A DNA stretch of 40,681 nt from positions 1-40,681 of the IMG/VR virus record IMGVR_UViG_3300032225_000838; one strand, written 5' to 3'. Source of the stretch: a virus (lineage: Duplodnaviria; Caudoviricetes). Within the stretch, counting starts at the first letter, position 1; each line of letters begins with the position of its first letter. The notes under the pieces were generated by a model, which was not told the origin of the DNA, did no database searches, and saw only the letters and a program-made list of their open reading frames with translations. Shown here piece by piece: positions 17,766 to 25,623 of this stretch. The position numbers were made by a program, and so were the translations under genes.

Positions 17766-18656
17766 TTAGCTGACAAGCTCAGGGAGGGCCAAAACTTCGC
17801 CTTTTGCGATGCTTTCCCCGGCATCCCATAGGCTACGGTTAAGGGCTACGTTTTCCCGAACCGCTGAAACTCCCCGGACCTTGCGAGTACCAAGGGTTTC
17901 CACTCCGTCCCGGTTGGTGCGTGGTGTGGTCCCGGTCCACCCTCCTCGAATGATGTTCTCCTGTACCCTGTTGAAAACCGTCCACAGATTCCCGGCCCTA
18001 TCCTCAGAGCGGCGAACCTGTAGAACGGAATCAACCCGGGCTGAAAACTCCCGGCGCATGAAGTCCGGGGTGACCATCCCGGCAACGTTTTCCTGACGGA
18101 AGAACGAACCGAACCGGGCCGCAACAGCAAACCCGGCAAGGTTCCGGGCTTGTGCTGATGTCACTTCAATTTTCTGCCATGACTGAATCACCGTCTCACC
18201 GTGGGCGAACTGCTCACTCACTCCCTCGAGCGCACAGCGCAGGGTATCCCGCAAGTTTTCGGGCCGGGCTGAGTGTTTGATTTTGTAGGAAACGAATGAC
18301 TGCCCAACAGTCAAACCGTTCAAGCATACCAACCGCATAAACCCGGCCATGATCTCAACGGCTTGGGTTCCATCGTTTCCGTTCATCAACCGCAATTCCC
18401 TCACAAGGTCCCCAACCTGCCGGGGCCTATCGGCAAGGGCCAAAACGTCATCTTTCTGCCGCATGGTGACAAGATGCCGGGCGAAGGGTTGGCGTTGCGG
18501 GTCCCGGGTGCGGGTCACGCTGGTGCGGTTCACCGTCCAGCCCTCACCCTCGAGCGTTCCCAAGATGTCACCGGAATTAACAGGGGTGAAACGTGGGGAG
18601 GTTGTATCCTCGAAACGGTTGCCGTTGTTGATTGTGTTGAGTGTTGTTTCATTCAT
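17766..18656 (-). CDS. DUF932 / UPF0380 (YubP/YafZ-like) protein
   Basis: L.NGNDG, GFMRLVCLNGL, RR.ED...LWTVFNRVQEN.I.GG, NVALNR.LW motifs; AAGGAG RBS. Confidence 0.8.
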   Translation of the reverse strand: MNETTLNTINNGNRFEDTTSPRFTPVNSGDILGTLEGEGWTVNRTSVTRTRDPQRQPFARHLVTMRQKDDVLALADRPRQVGDLVRELRLMNGNDGTQAVEIMAGFMRLVCLNGLTVGQSFVSYKIKHSARPENLRDTLRCALEGVSEQFAHGETVIQSWQKIEVTSAQARNLAGFAVAARFGSFFRQENVAGMVTPDFMRREFSARVDSVLQVRRSEDRAGNLWTVFNRVQENIIRGGWTGTTPRTNRDGVETLGTRKVRGVSAVRENVALNRSLWDAGESIAKGEVLALPELVS

Positions 18657-18688
18657 TTTTTTTCGATGCTCCTTTTTTTCTGCTTCTC

Positions 18689-18723
18689 AATCTCAGGCCC
18701 GGCTCCTCGGCCTTGCCCGGATT
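18689..18723 (-). promoter_or_regulatory. Leader hairpin of the first gene
   Basis: AAUC-CGGGC-AA-GGC-loop-GCC-GG-GCCUG-A-GAUU stem with an internal loop. Confidence 0.45.
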
Positions 18724-18733
18724 GATTAAAAGG

Positions 18734-18762
18734 AAACTAATCCTTTTTTAAAATCTTTGCAA
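18734..18762 (-). promoter_or_regulatory. Putative host sigma70 early promoter
   Basis: TTGCAA-N17-TAGTTT with A/T tracts upstream, directly before the first gene. Confidence 0.6.
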
Positions 18763-18824
18763 GCATTAAAAAAACTTTTTTTTCTTGTCCATGTTTACGT
18801 CATCCCGGGCCTATTTTCCCGGCA

Positions 18825-19077
18825 TGGTTTGGGGATGGTGTGGGGCATGGCCCCGGTTCCTAATCGTCAATCCTTGGGCATTCTGAGCGCATTTTCAAGG
18901 CCCGGCGGCGGCTGGTCCTAAGGTTTGCCCGGGGTTTGGCGGCTGGTGGAATTTAAAGCGGCTAAGGGTTTGGCCCGGGCATGGCTAGGGTTTGCGGCTG
19001 GATATATTCCCGGCGGCTTAGGTTTGGCCCCGGGCGGCTCCCGGTGGGCCTAAGGTTTGGGGATAGGTTTGCCGGGC
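18825..19077. repeat. Array of short degenerate GGTTTG(G/C) repeats interleaved with CCCGG/GCGGC
   Basis: About 8 GGTTTG copies by eye in non-coding DNA. Confidence 0.6.
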
Positions 19078-19274
19078 TGATGTTGTTTACAGTCTAACGG
19101 AAAAAGAGGGGAAAGGATATTGAAAGAGGGGAAAAGATAAGCACGATAAGCGACCCGGGACGATATAAAGGGATTCAATCTCCCTCACGATGCGTTGATT
19201 TTCAACGGCTTAGGTATGACAGCTATATGGGCGGCGGCTTTTTGTCCCGGTTGATTCTGACCGGGCCGGGGCAA

Positions 19275-19322
19275 GGGGGGAACCGGGTAAAAATGACGTT
19301 GTATACTCGCTCAGATTTTTTT
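19275..19322 (-). other. T7-like genome end / terminal repeat boundary motif
   Basis: AAAAATCTGAGCGAGTA|TACAACG...GTTCCCCCC resembles the T7 sequence as I recall it, AAAAATCTGAGTGACTA|TCTCACAG...GTTCCCCC. Confidence 0.6.
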
Positions 19323-19338
19323 GCCAAAAATATTGGGG

Positions 19339-19512
19339 TCAACGTCCACAGCTACAAGAGACACCAGTAGTAAAAATCCTTTGCTTAAGCCTAGCCTCTT
19401 CCCAGCCAACCTCAGGCCAAACCTTATCAATCCCCAGCACTTTCTTTAGGTACTGTCTAGTTTTCAATTCGCTGTCTTTAGGTTTGTCTTTGGCTTCCTC
19501 AAGCTTTTTCAT
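19339..19512 (-). CDS. 57-aa hypothetical protein (not in ORF track)
   Basis: MKKLEEAKDK...VSCSCGR with an upstream AAGGAG (long spacer). Confidence 0.35.
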   Translation of the reverse strand: MKKLEEAKDKPKDSELKTRQYLKKVLGIDKVWPEVGWEEARLKQRIFTTGVSCSCGR

Positions 19513-19819
19513 TTAAATGATAAACTCCTTTTGAGTACAAAAAACATTCACTAACTTTAAGTTGCCTACAGGCAACCCTTGGTTACTTCATGTTATGTAA
19601 AGGTTAAGTAAAGGTTTATGTTAGGGTTATACTTGTTTGTACTTCTTTACACCTTCTTTAGAGTCTTTTTACAAAGCAATCTAAAGCCATATAAAGGTAA
19701 AACCTCCCTCCTCTTACTCTCTAAAGCTAGACCTCCCTCAAGAACTAACTTAGGTATATAAATACAAAAAAGTAAAAAGGATAAAAGATATAAGCCGACT
19801 TAAAGCAGACTTATACTAT

Positions 19820-19841
19820 TATCAGAGGGGACAACCTATTG
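19820..19841 (-). promoter_or_regulatory. Candidate phage RNAP promoter, copy 2 (phiOR-like position)
   Basis: CAATAGGTTGTCCCCTCTGATA, pointing toward the predicted genome end about 520 bp away. Confidence 0.55.
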
Positions 19842-19947
19842 ATTGGATTGTCGTATACCCGAAGGGTGTTATTTGTCGTTTTTTAGGAGTACCAAGGCGT
19901 AGACTGAAAGACCAAACGATACTGCCAACACAAACAATAGAACCATC

Positions 19948-20169
19948 TTATCTAGGGCTTACTAGGTTCTTGCGGGGGTCGTAAGTCTCAAAGCTATTGT
20001 CTGCGCTGATATACCCAATACCGTTGTTTGGGCTACCCTTCCATGCAACGAATTTGCCGTTTTCGTTTTGGAGATTGCCCACCCAATTTTCATGGACAAA
20101 GAACTCCTGTGCTTGGCTGATGGATGAGATGCCAAAAAGCACCCCGGCTATTAATACGGATTTTTTCAT
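19948..20169 (-). CDS. Small exported protein with Sec signal peptide
   Basis: MKKSVLIAGVLFGISSISQA|QE; AAGGAG RBS. Confidence 0.65.
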   Translation of the reverse strand: MKKSVLIAGVLFGISSISQAQEFFVHENWVGNLQNENGKFVAWKGSPNNGIGYISADNSFETYDPRKNLVSPR

Positions 20170-20186
20170 TTTTATTTTGCTCCTTT

Positions 20187-21176
20187 TTACTTGGGTCCCA
20201 TAGCCACCGCTGTAGGCGGCTGGCTCATGTTTCTCAAGCTACTAATCATGCTAACGACTCCGAGTTGCTTGTCAACAGCATTCGGGTCGTACTTTCCGTC
20301 AGCAACATATTTGCCAGAATTGTAGATACTGGTCCCGCTGAAAACGTATGGTGATGGCTGGTTCTTGTTAAAATATCCCTTGCCGTTGTAGTACTCAGAA
20401 AATGTAGCCATCGCCGCTGAGTCAGAGATTGAGTCCCGGGTAATCCCTAGCTTTTGTTGGATGTTACCCTTTTGTGATAAAGCGTGGACTGCGGCACTTT
20501 CCCAATCATTGAATACCGGGATGTTATTGGGGATATGGACTGCGTGTCTGCCCAATGGGTCCCCTTGGTGAAGGTAAGTACCAAAGTTACCTGAGCTTTC
20601 ACGCCAATGAAGGGCGGCAATCAACTCAGGGGGCATATCTGTTTTAGCCGCTACAGCCTCATACCGGGATTTATTGGTGTTGTAATTGTTAACAAACTGT
20701 TTCATCTCGTAAGCCTGAGCAGAGCTTAGGTTAGGGTTTGTAGCCACAAGGTAACGAGCATTACGCAAATATAGGGGGTCTGTACCGCTGTAGGATGGTT
20801 TAGGTGGATTCTGGGTATTGGGTTGAGGTGAAACGTTGTTCTGGGGCTGTTGTGGAGCAAAATTTTGCCCTTTTAACACGCTGTTTAGAGCATTTCCCAT
20901 TTCTTTGCTTAAAACTGCTTTTATGACCATTTGCCGCTCTTGTTCTTGAATATTGATATTAGCTATGCTGGCCTCTTCCGGGGTAGGTTCTTGAGCCATT
21001 TGAGGTGCAACCTGCTTCATGGCTGGGCGAATAGGAGTAGATGTTTCTTCTTTATCCTTGCCTTTTCCAATAACTGAATTGGTGCTTTTGCTATTGTACT
21101 GGTCTAGGTTGCGAAGGACTACTTTGCTACTCACGGATTTTAGGTCTCCTACTTGGACTCTCATACTTTCATCCAA
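20187..21176 (-). CDS. Lysozyme-family peptidoglycan hydrolase (COG5526-like) with long N-terminal extension
   Basis: IAALHWRESS..F..YLHQGDPL, EYYNG.GY, SPYVFSGT..Y..GKYVADG.YD...VDKQLG motifs. Confidence 0.8.
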   Translation of the reverse strand: MDESMRVQVGDLKSVSSKVVLRNLDQYNSKSTNSVIGKGKDKEETSTPIRPAMKQVAPQMAQEPTPEEASIANINIQEQERQMVIKAVLSKEMGNALNSVLKGQNFAPQQPQNNVSPQPNTQNPPKPSYSGTDPLYLRNARYLVATNPNLSSAQAYEMKQFVNNYNTNKSRYEAVAAKTDMPPELIAALHWRESSGNFGTYLHQGDPLGRHAVHIPNNIPVFNDWESAAVHALSQKGNIQQKLGITRDSISDSAAMATFSEYYNGKGYFNKNQPSPYVFSGTSIYNSGKYVADGKYDPNAVDKQLGVVSMISSLRNMSQPPTAVAMGPK

Positions 21177-22840
21177 GTTGTCTGTTTTTTCTTGCCTTGC
21201 AACTTAAAAATAGAATCCATAAACTTGTTTAACTCCTTGTCAATCTTCTCTGCCCGAGCTTCTTTAACGGCTATGTCAACGTCCCTAGCCATTTGTTCTA
21301 CCCAATAACCCACAGCCATAGAAAGGGAGTCAAGACGATCATCCCGGCTAAGTGAGCCTCTATCTTTGGTCAACCGGGAAAGCTGGTAAAAAAGCTGGTA
21401 TTGCGCCCTTGTGTCAGAAGAGAGCATTGAAGTTGATTTATAGTCTTGGTCAATAACCTTAGCGTCCACAATAAGCCTATGCTGATTCAGAACAGGCTCA
21501 AGAGTGTCAATAATGCGCCTTTCCTTTTGTTGGCTATGCCGCACCTCTTCAACTGTGCAGGGGTGTATTTTTCCAAGCACAGGCTTAAGAAGCTGAGTAA
21601 ACATCCCATCTCCAAAGTTTGACTCAACGATTATATAATTGACTTTTTGTGATTTTGCTACATTTGCCAAAGCTTCAAGATTCTCTGTTTTATAGCCTTC
21701 TCTAAACCCCCCGCTTGCCGTTAAAAACAATTGTCCATTTAACATCTTGACTATTGCGTACCCTGTTTCATCTTTGCCTCTGCCAGATGGGTCAATTGCC
21801 ATTACACTACCTGTATAGGGTGACCATTCTCCAATGGTCTGCATGGGCCTGTAGTACCTGTCTCCGCTTAGTCCTACGCATGGGAGGTCATTCCATGCTA
21901 ATTCTGGACTACTTGCCCACACAGCCTTTGCGGGGCCTAGCTCTGGATTTAAAGCCATTACCACTAAATCGGAAAGTTTAAGAGGGTAGCGGTCAACGTC
22001 AGACAACCGTGTGTCCAACATAAATTGCAAGGCAAACCCTGTCTTGCCATAAGATAACTCCCGCTCAAGTAGGTCATCCTCGCAAAACCTATTACCGTCA
22101 GTAGGTTTATTCTCAAGTGAAGCATCATTCTTTAAACCCTCTGAAATTAGTGGAGCAAGCCGATTCCCATACCCGGAAAGATGATGTTTGCCCGGATACC
22201 TTGCTGGCCATATTTGCACTTCGTAACCTCTGTCTGGAAGCACATTGTAAATGCTCATCTCGCTCTGAGGAGTGCCTAAGAAAAGAATGCGTCCGTTTGG
22301 CTTCAAAACAGCCTCAAACTCCTTAATTGTTTCAGAAAGCCTATCCCGCATCCCTTGGGTCAGGGAATTATTTAAACTTTCTACGTCATCAGCAATAACA
22401 ACGTCTGCCCGGCTTCCTGTGATTTGCCCTGTAATACCTACGCTTTTTACGCTAGGAGCGTGTGCGGCTGGGGCCGGGCCTACGTCAAAGGCAATTTTAG
22501 AGCTTCTTTGATTCTCTCCGGGCATGAGATGTTGAAGAATGGGTATCTCTTGAATAAGCCTTAATGTAAACGTAGAGAAATCATCAGCCCGGCTCTTAGA
22601 CGCTGAAACAACAAGAAAGTTTAGGCTTGGGTCAAGTAGAAGTTGGTGAACAACAAAGGCTGACGTAACCCAGCTTTTGCCAACTCCTCGAAACGCTTCT
22701 ACAACTTGCCGTTTAGGTCCGTTTTGAATACTAGAAGCAATATCATACTGAATAGGGGTAGGGTCTGGTAGGTGTAGGTGTTTCCACACAATATAAAGAA
22801 AATTACGAAAATCTTTTAGTCTTGGGTCGATGGCTTGCAT
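21161..22840 (-). CDS. terL: Terminase large subunit (T7 gp19-like)
   Basis: AFRGVGKSW, GSRAD..IADDVE, LGTPQ, IDPSGRGKDE, ESNFGDG, DDRLD motifs. Confidence 0.97.
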   Translation of the reverse strand: MQAIDPRLKDFRNFLYIVWKHLHLPDPTPIQYDIASSIQNGPKRQVVEAFRGVGKSWVTSAFVVHQLLLDPSLNFLVVSASKSRADDFSTFTLRLIQEIPILQHLMPGENQRSSKIAFDVGPAPAAHAPSVKSVGITGQITGSRADVVIADDVESLNNSLTQGMRDRLSETIKEFEAVLKPNGRILFLGTPQSEMSIYNVLPDRGYEVQIWPARYPGKHHLSGYGNRLAPLISEGLKNDASLENKPTDGNRFCEDDLLERELSYGKTGFALQFMLDTRLSDVDRYPLKLSDLVVMALNPELGPAKAVWASSPELAWNDLPCVGLSGDRYYRPMQTIGEWSPYTGSVMAIDPSGRGKDETGYAIVKMLNGQLFLTASGGFREGYKTENLEALANVAKSQKVNYIIVESNFGDGMFTQLLKPVLGKIHPCTVEEVRHSQQKERRIIDTLEPVLNQHRLIVDAKVIDQDYKSTSMLSSDTRAQYQLFYQLSRLTKDRGSLSRDDRLDSLSMAVGYWVEQMARDVDIAVKEARAEKIDKELNKFMDSIFKLQGKKKQTTWMKV

Positions 22841-23052
22841 AAAGGGTAAACGGCTCCGTTAACCGGGTGGACTAAGCGCACATTGGATAGGTGTGTCCCA
22901 TATTGGTAACCACTAGGGGTTGTGTAGTAGATAAGGCAATAATCATCAAATTCTTCGTCACGCTCAGGACACACAAACCAGTTGCCGCACTTAGAAAAAT
23001 TACCGTCATCGGCCCATAAATCACAGCTTTTCTCCATTTCATTTAGGGTCAT
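22816..23052 (-). CDS. Hypothetical protein
   Basis: Fills the gap in the operon; start uncertain (23052 or 23037). Confidence 0.5.
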   Translation of the reverse strand: MTLNEMEKSCDLWADDGNFSKCGNWFVCPERDEEFDDYCLIYYTTPSGYQYGTHLSNVRLVHPVNGAVYPLCKPSTQD

Positions 23053-23275
23053 CTTCCATTTTCCTTCTTGGTTTCTCGGGCCTATGGAGACCGTAAGTAA
23101 GATTTTCCGTACCCCTAATCTCACTCATATCCACACAGATATGGTCTCCAACATCGTTGAGTTCCACCAAGTATACAGGATTTTGGCTAGGCCCATAGTC
23201 AATAATAGCTAACCAAAGGCCCTCCCCCTTAGGTGTCTGCACCCAACGCTCCACAGGTAGGAACGTTATGTTCAT
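23039..23275 (-). CDS. Hypothetical protein
   Basis: WV.TPKG.G..LAIIDYG...N.V.LV.L pattern; ATG start after an AT-rich gap. Confidence 0.6.
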   Translation of the reverse strand: MNITFLPVERWVQTPKGEGLWLAIIDYGPSQNPVYLVELNDVGDHICVDMSEIRGTENLTYGLHRPEKPRRKMEDDPK

Positions 23276-23432
23276 ATTTTTATTAGTTGCCTATGATATT
23301 TTATTTAATAAAAATTTCAATAAAAATATAACAAAATTGTTGCTATTAGTCAGTACTTGTAGACCTTGGGCCTATAAACTATTAAACTAACTGTTTTTAT
23401 CTGTAGGTTTATTTAAAATAATTTAAAAACTG

Positions 23433-23582
23433 TTAATTTTTAAACTTTTTAAGCCTTTTTTTGCCTTCTTTTACTGCTTTTATCGTGTAATCCCAATCAT
23501 ATTTTGCAATAATAGCTTCTTCTTCTACCTTTTTTCCAAAAGGAGCCGTTTTCCACTTACCAAACTTGTTTTCTTTGTTCAT
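23433..23582 (-). CDS. 49-aa basic hypothetical protein (not in ORF track)
   Basis: ATGA overlap with the HNH stop; MNKENKFGKW...KKFKN. Confidence 0.45.
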   Translation of the reverse strand: MNKENKFGKWKTAPFGKKVEEEAIIAKYDWDYTIKAVKEGKKRLKKFKN

Positions 23583-23797
23583 TTTTTAGACCTATTGTAG
23601 TGTACAGAGGTAATTTTAAGATTATTGTAAGAATTGTTCATTGGGTTTCCGTCAGAATGGTCAATATCCTTGCCTCTAACTGCATCTTTACCTTTTTTCT
23701 TAATAATAAGCCTCCGGGCCGCATTTCTCATAGCCCTATGCTTAATTTGCTCAGGAGTCCCTTGGTACTCCCGGTATTCTTTAGCGTAGTCTCTCAT
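23579..23797 (-). CDS. Small HNH endonuclease
   Basis: KDIDHSDGNPMNN...NL......NR motif; RDY.KEY N-terminus. Confidence 0.8.
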   Translation of the reverse strand: MRDYAKEYREYQGTPEQIKHRAMRNAARRLIIKKKGKDAVRGKDIDHSDGNPMNNSYNNLKITSVHYNRSKK

Positions 23798-23949
23798 ACT
23801 TCGTCCACGTTATCTACATCTTCGTTTAATACAAAATAGTATTCACCGTTACGCTCTACTATTTGCATAAAGCCTTCTACTAAAAGGTATCTTAATTCCT
23901 TTAAAATTTCTTCCTCACTCCATTGAGAAAGCTCGTCCAGATCGGACAT
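23794..23949 (-). CDS. 51-aa acidic hypothetical protein (not in ORF track)
   Basis: MSDLDELSQW...VDNVDEV; ATGA overlap with the HNH start. Confidence 0.5.
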   Translation of the reverse strand: MSDLDELSQWSEEEILKELRYLLVEGFMQIVERNGEYYFVLNEDVDNVDEV

Positions 23950-23956
23950 TTTTTTT

Positions 23957-24829
23957 TTAATTAAAATTAAGACCAGTTACACCACTAGCAGAGATGTTCA
24001 AACGAGGTTCTTCACCAGCCCCACCGCCGCCGCTAGGCATAGAGACCCGGCCAATTTTACCAAAAGATTGCATTTTTCGTTTTAACAAATCTCCGGGGGT
24101 AGATGGGGTTTGAGTAGCTTGTAAGGAATTATCAGTATTAACATCTTTATTAATAGCTAGGTATCTTCGGTCCCGAGGGTCTTTTCCTCCCTGTCCAACG
24201 GCAGTACCGGGAATTGTGGACGAATACTCTGTTCGTGAAGCCCTAGATTCTGAATAAACACCTGTTGGTGTATATGGTCTGGATTGTCCATGAGGGTCTG
24301 CCGTTCTATCTCCGTATTGTCCCCATTTAAAAGTTTGCCCTGCCGTTGGGGAAACTGATGAAAACTCAGTTCCAGACTGAAATCTATTACTTCTGTCAGG
24401 AGTGGTTTGCTTTAAAGTAAAATCATCCATAGTTTGAGCAAATCTAACAGGCCCTAGGTTATGAGTTGCCGAGTTATTAAGTGCGTCAATTGTACGTTGG
24501 TTTGCTTGCGATAACCAATTATTATAAGTAGCTACTCCATCCCTATTCCTCCTATCCCTAGCCATAGCAGAGTACTTATTAAAATCTGCAATATCAGATT
24601 CAAGAATAACGTGTCCAGTTGTTCCAGCATGGTATTCTTTTACCGCACCGCTTTGATCTTTATTAGTTGTAAAGCCCGGGGTGAAACTAGAAAGTCCAGT
24701 TATAGATGTTCCAGTAGTTTTTTGCCAATCCATTTTATAGGAAGGCAATATCCCGGGATTAAGGCTACCTGTGTAACCAACTCTTGTTCCTGTTGAAAGG
24801 CGTGACGTTGAATTTCTATCTGATCTCAT
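23957..24829 (-). CDS. Hypothetical 290-aa G/S/T/R-rich protein, putative ejected virion protein
   Basis: AAGGA RBS; C-terminal GRVSM...GVTGLNFN shared with the adjacent gene. Confidence 0.7.
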   Translation of the reverse strand: MRSDRNSTSRLSTGTRVGYTGSLNPGILPSYKMDWQKTTGTSITGLSSFTPGFTTNKDQSGAVKEYHAGTTGHVILESDIADFNKYSAMARDRRNRDGVATYNNWLSQANQRTIDALNNSATHNLGPVRFAQTMDDFTLKQTTPDRSNRFQSGTEFSSVSPTAGQTFKWGQYGDRTADPHGQSRPYTPTGVYSESRASRTEYSSTIPGTAVGQGGKDPRDRRYLAINKDVNTDNSLQATQTPSTPGDLLKRKMQSFGKIGRVSMPSGGGGAGEEPRLNISASGVTGLNFN

Positions 24830-24846
24830 TTTATTTATCCTTTATA

Positions 24847-25383
24847 TTAACCAAAGTTAAGGCCGCTAACCCCGGGTGTAATATTAACACTTATGGTAGT
24901 AGCACCCCCATTTTGAGAAGCTGTTGCAGGTAGCGAAGCCCTGCCTTTAAATTTGTTTCTATTTTTTTGAAGTTCAAGGGCTTGTTCTGCTGTCATCTGT
25001 TCGGGAGGAGCAGTTAAATCTTGTTTTCCTTCATTCTGTTTTTCAATCATCAAACCTTTACGGCCCGGGTATTGGGGCTTACCAAAGTCACCTACAGGGT
25101 CCAACAAGCGTGTAGTACGTTTTCCGTATACGTCAGACCCAGCCCTCCAATAGTCATTCCAAGCATTAGCTGTCTGCTGACCTGCCGCCTGAGCATAGCC
25201 GTAGTATTGACCTACTTGAGCATTAGCCTTTCCATCAGACCCACCACCACCGTTCCACACTCTTCCTAAATCCTGTACGCTTAAACGGTCTCCTACTTCC
25301 CATTTATAAGTCTTGTAAGGTCCAGTTTGTGCCTGACCTACTGGCCGGGTATCTGTCCTAGATGAAACTCTTCCTATTGGCAT
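24847..25383 (-). CDS. Hypothetical 178-aa protein, putative ejected virion protein
   Basis: AAGGA RBS; GRKGLMIEK and C-terminal GRASL...GVSGLNFG. Confidence 0.7.
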   Translation of the reverse strand: MPIGRVSSRTDTRPVGQAQTGPYKTYKWEVGDRLSVQDLGRVWNGGGGSDGKANAQVGQYYGYAQAAGQQTANAWNDYWRAGSDVYGKRTTRLLDPVGDFGKPQYPGRKGLMIEKQNEGKQDLTAPPEQMTAEQALELQKNRNKFKGRASLPATASQNGGATTISVNITPGVSGLNFG

Positions 25384-25395
25384 ATAAATATTCCT

Positions 25396-25623
25396 TTAAT
25401 TTGTTCCTGTTAACTCAGTATCGTTAAAAGGCAGTACTTGTGCAAGTCTTTTTAATGGAGAATCGTTAGACGCTAACGCATCTACTCCGTTATCCTTTAA
25501 AAATTTAACAGCTACGGCTAAATCTGCTGGTTTTGCGTCCCCTGTTCGGATACGCTGAGTAAGTTCTTCTGCTACAAGCGTATGCAGTTCTTCAAGAACA
25601 GGTCTATTATTAGCCGCACTCAT
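25396..25623 (-). CDS. terS: Terminase small subunit (T7 gp18-like)
   Basis: LEELH..VA.EL..RI..G.A..ADL.VA.KFLKDN motif. Confidence 0.85.
   Translation of the reverse strand: MSAANNRPVLEELHTLVAEELTQRIRTGDAKPADLAVAVKFLKDNGVDALASNDSPLKRLAQVLPFNDTELTGTN

Noticed and set aside
18825-19077. CRISPR-like array
   Set aside because: Repeats are only 6-8 bp, degenerate and irregularly spaced; no cas genes.
19169-19185. tRNA T-arm-like hairpin as an attP core
   Set aside because: AGGGA-TTCAATC-TCCCT lacks GTTC and has no acceptor stem or CCA context; no tRNA gene seen anywhere.
19444-19482. Two T7-type CCTAAAG heptamers near the predicted right end
   Set aside because: Only two copies, inside a plausible 57-aa ORF; could be chance.
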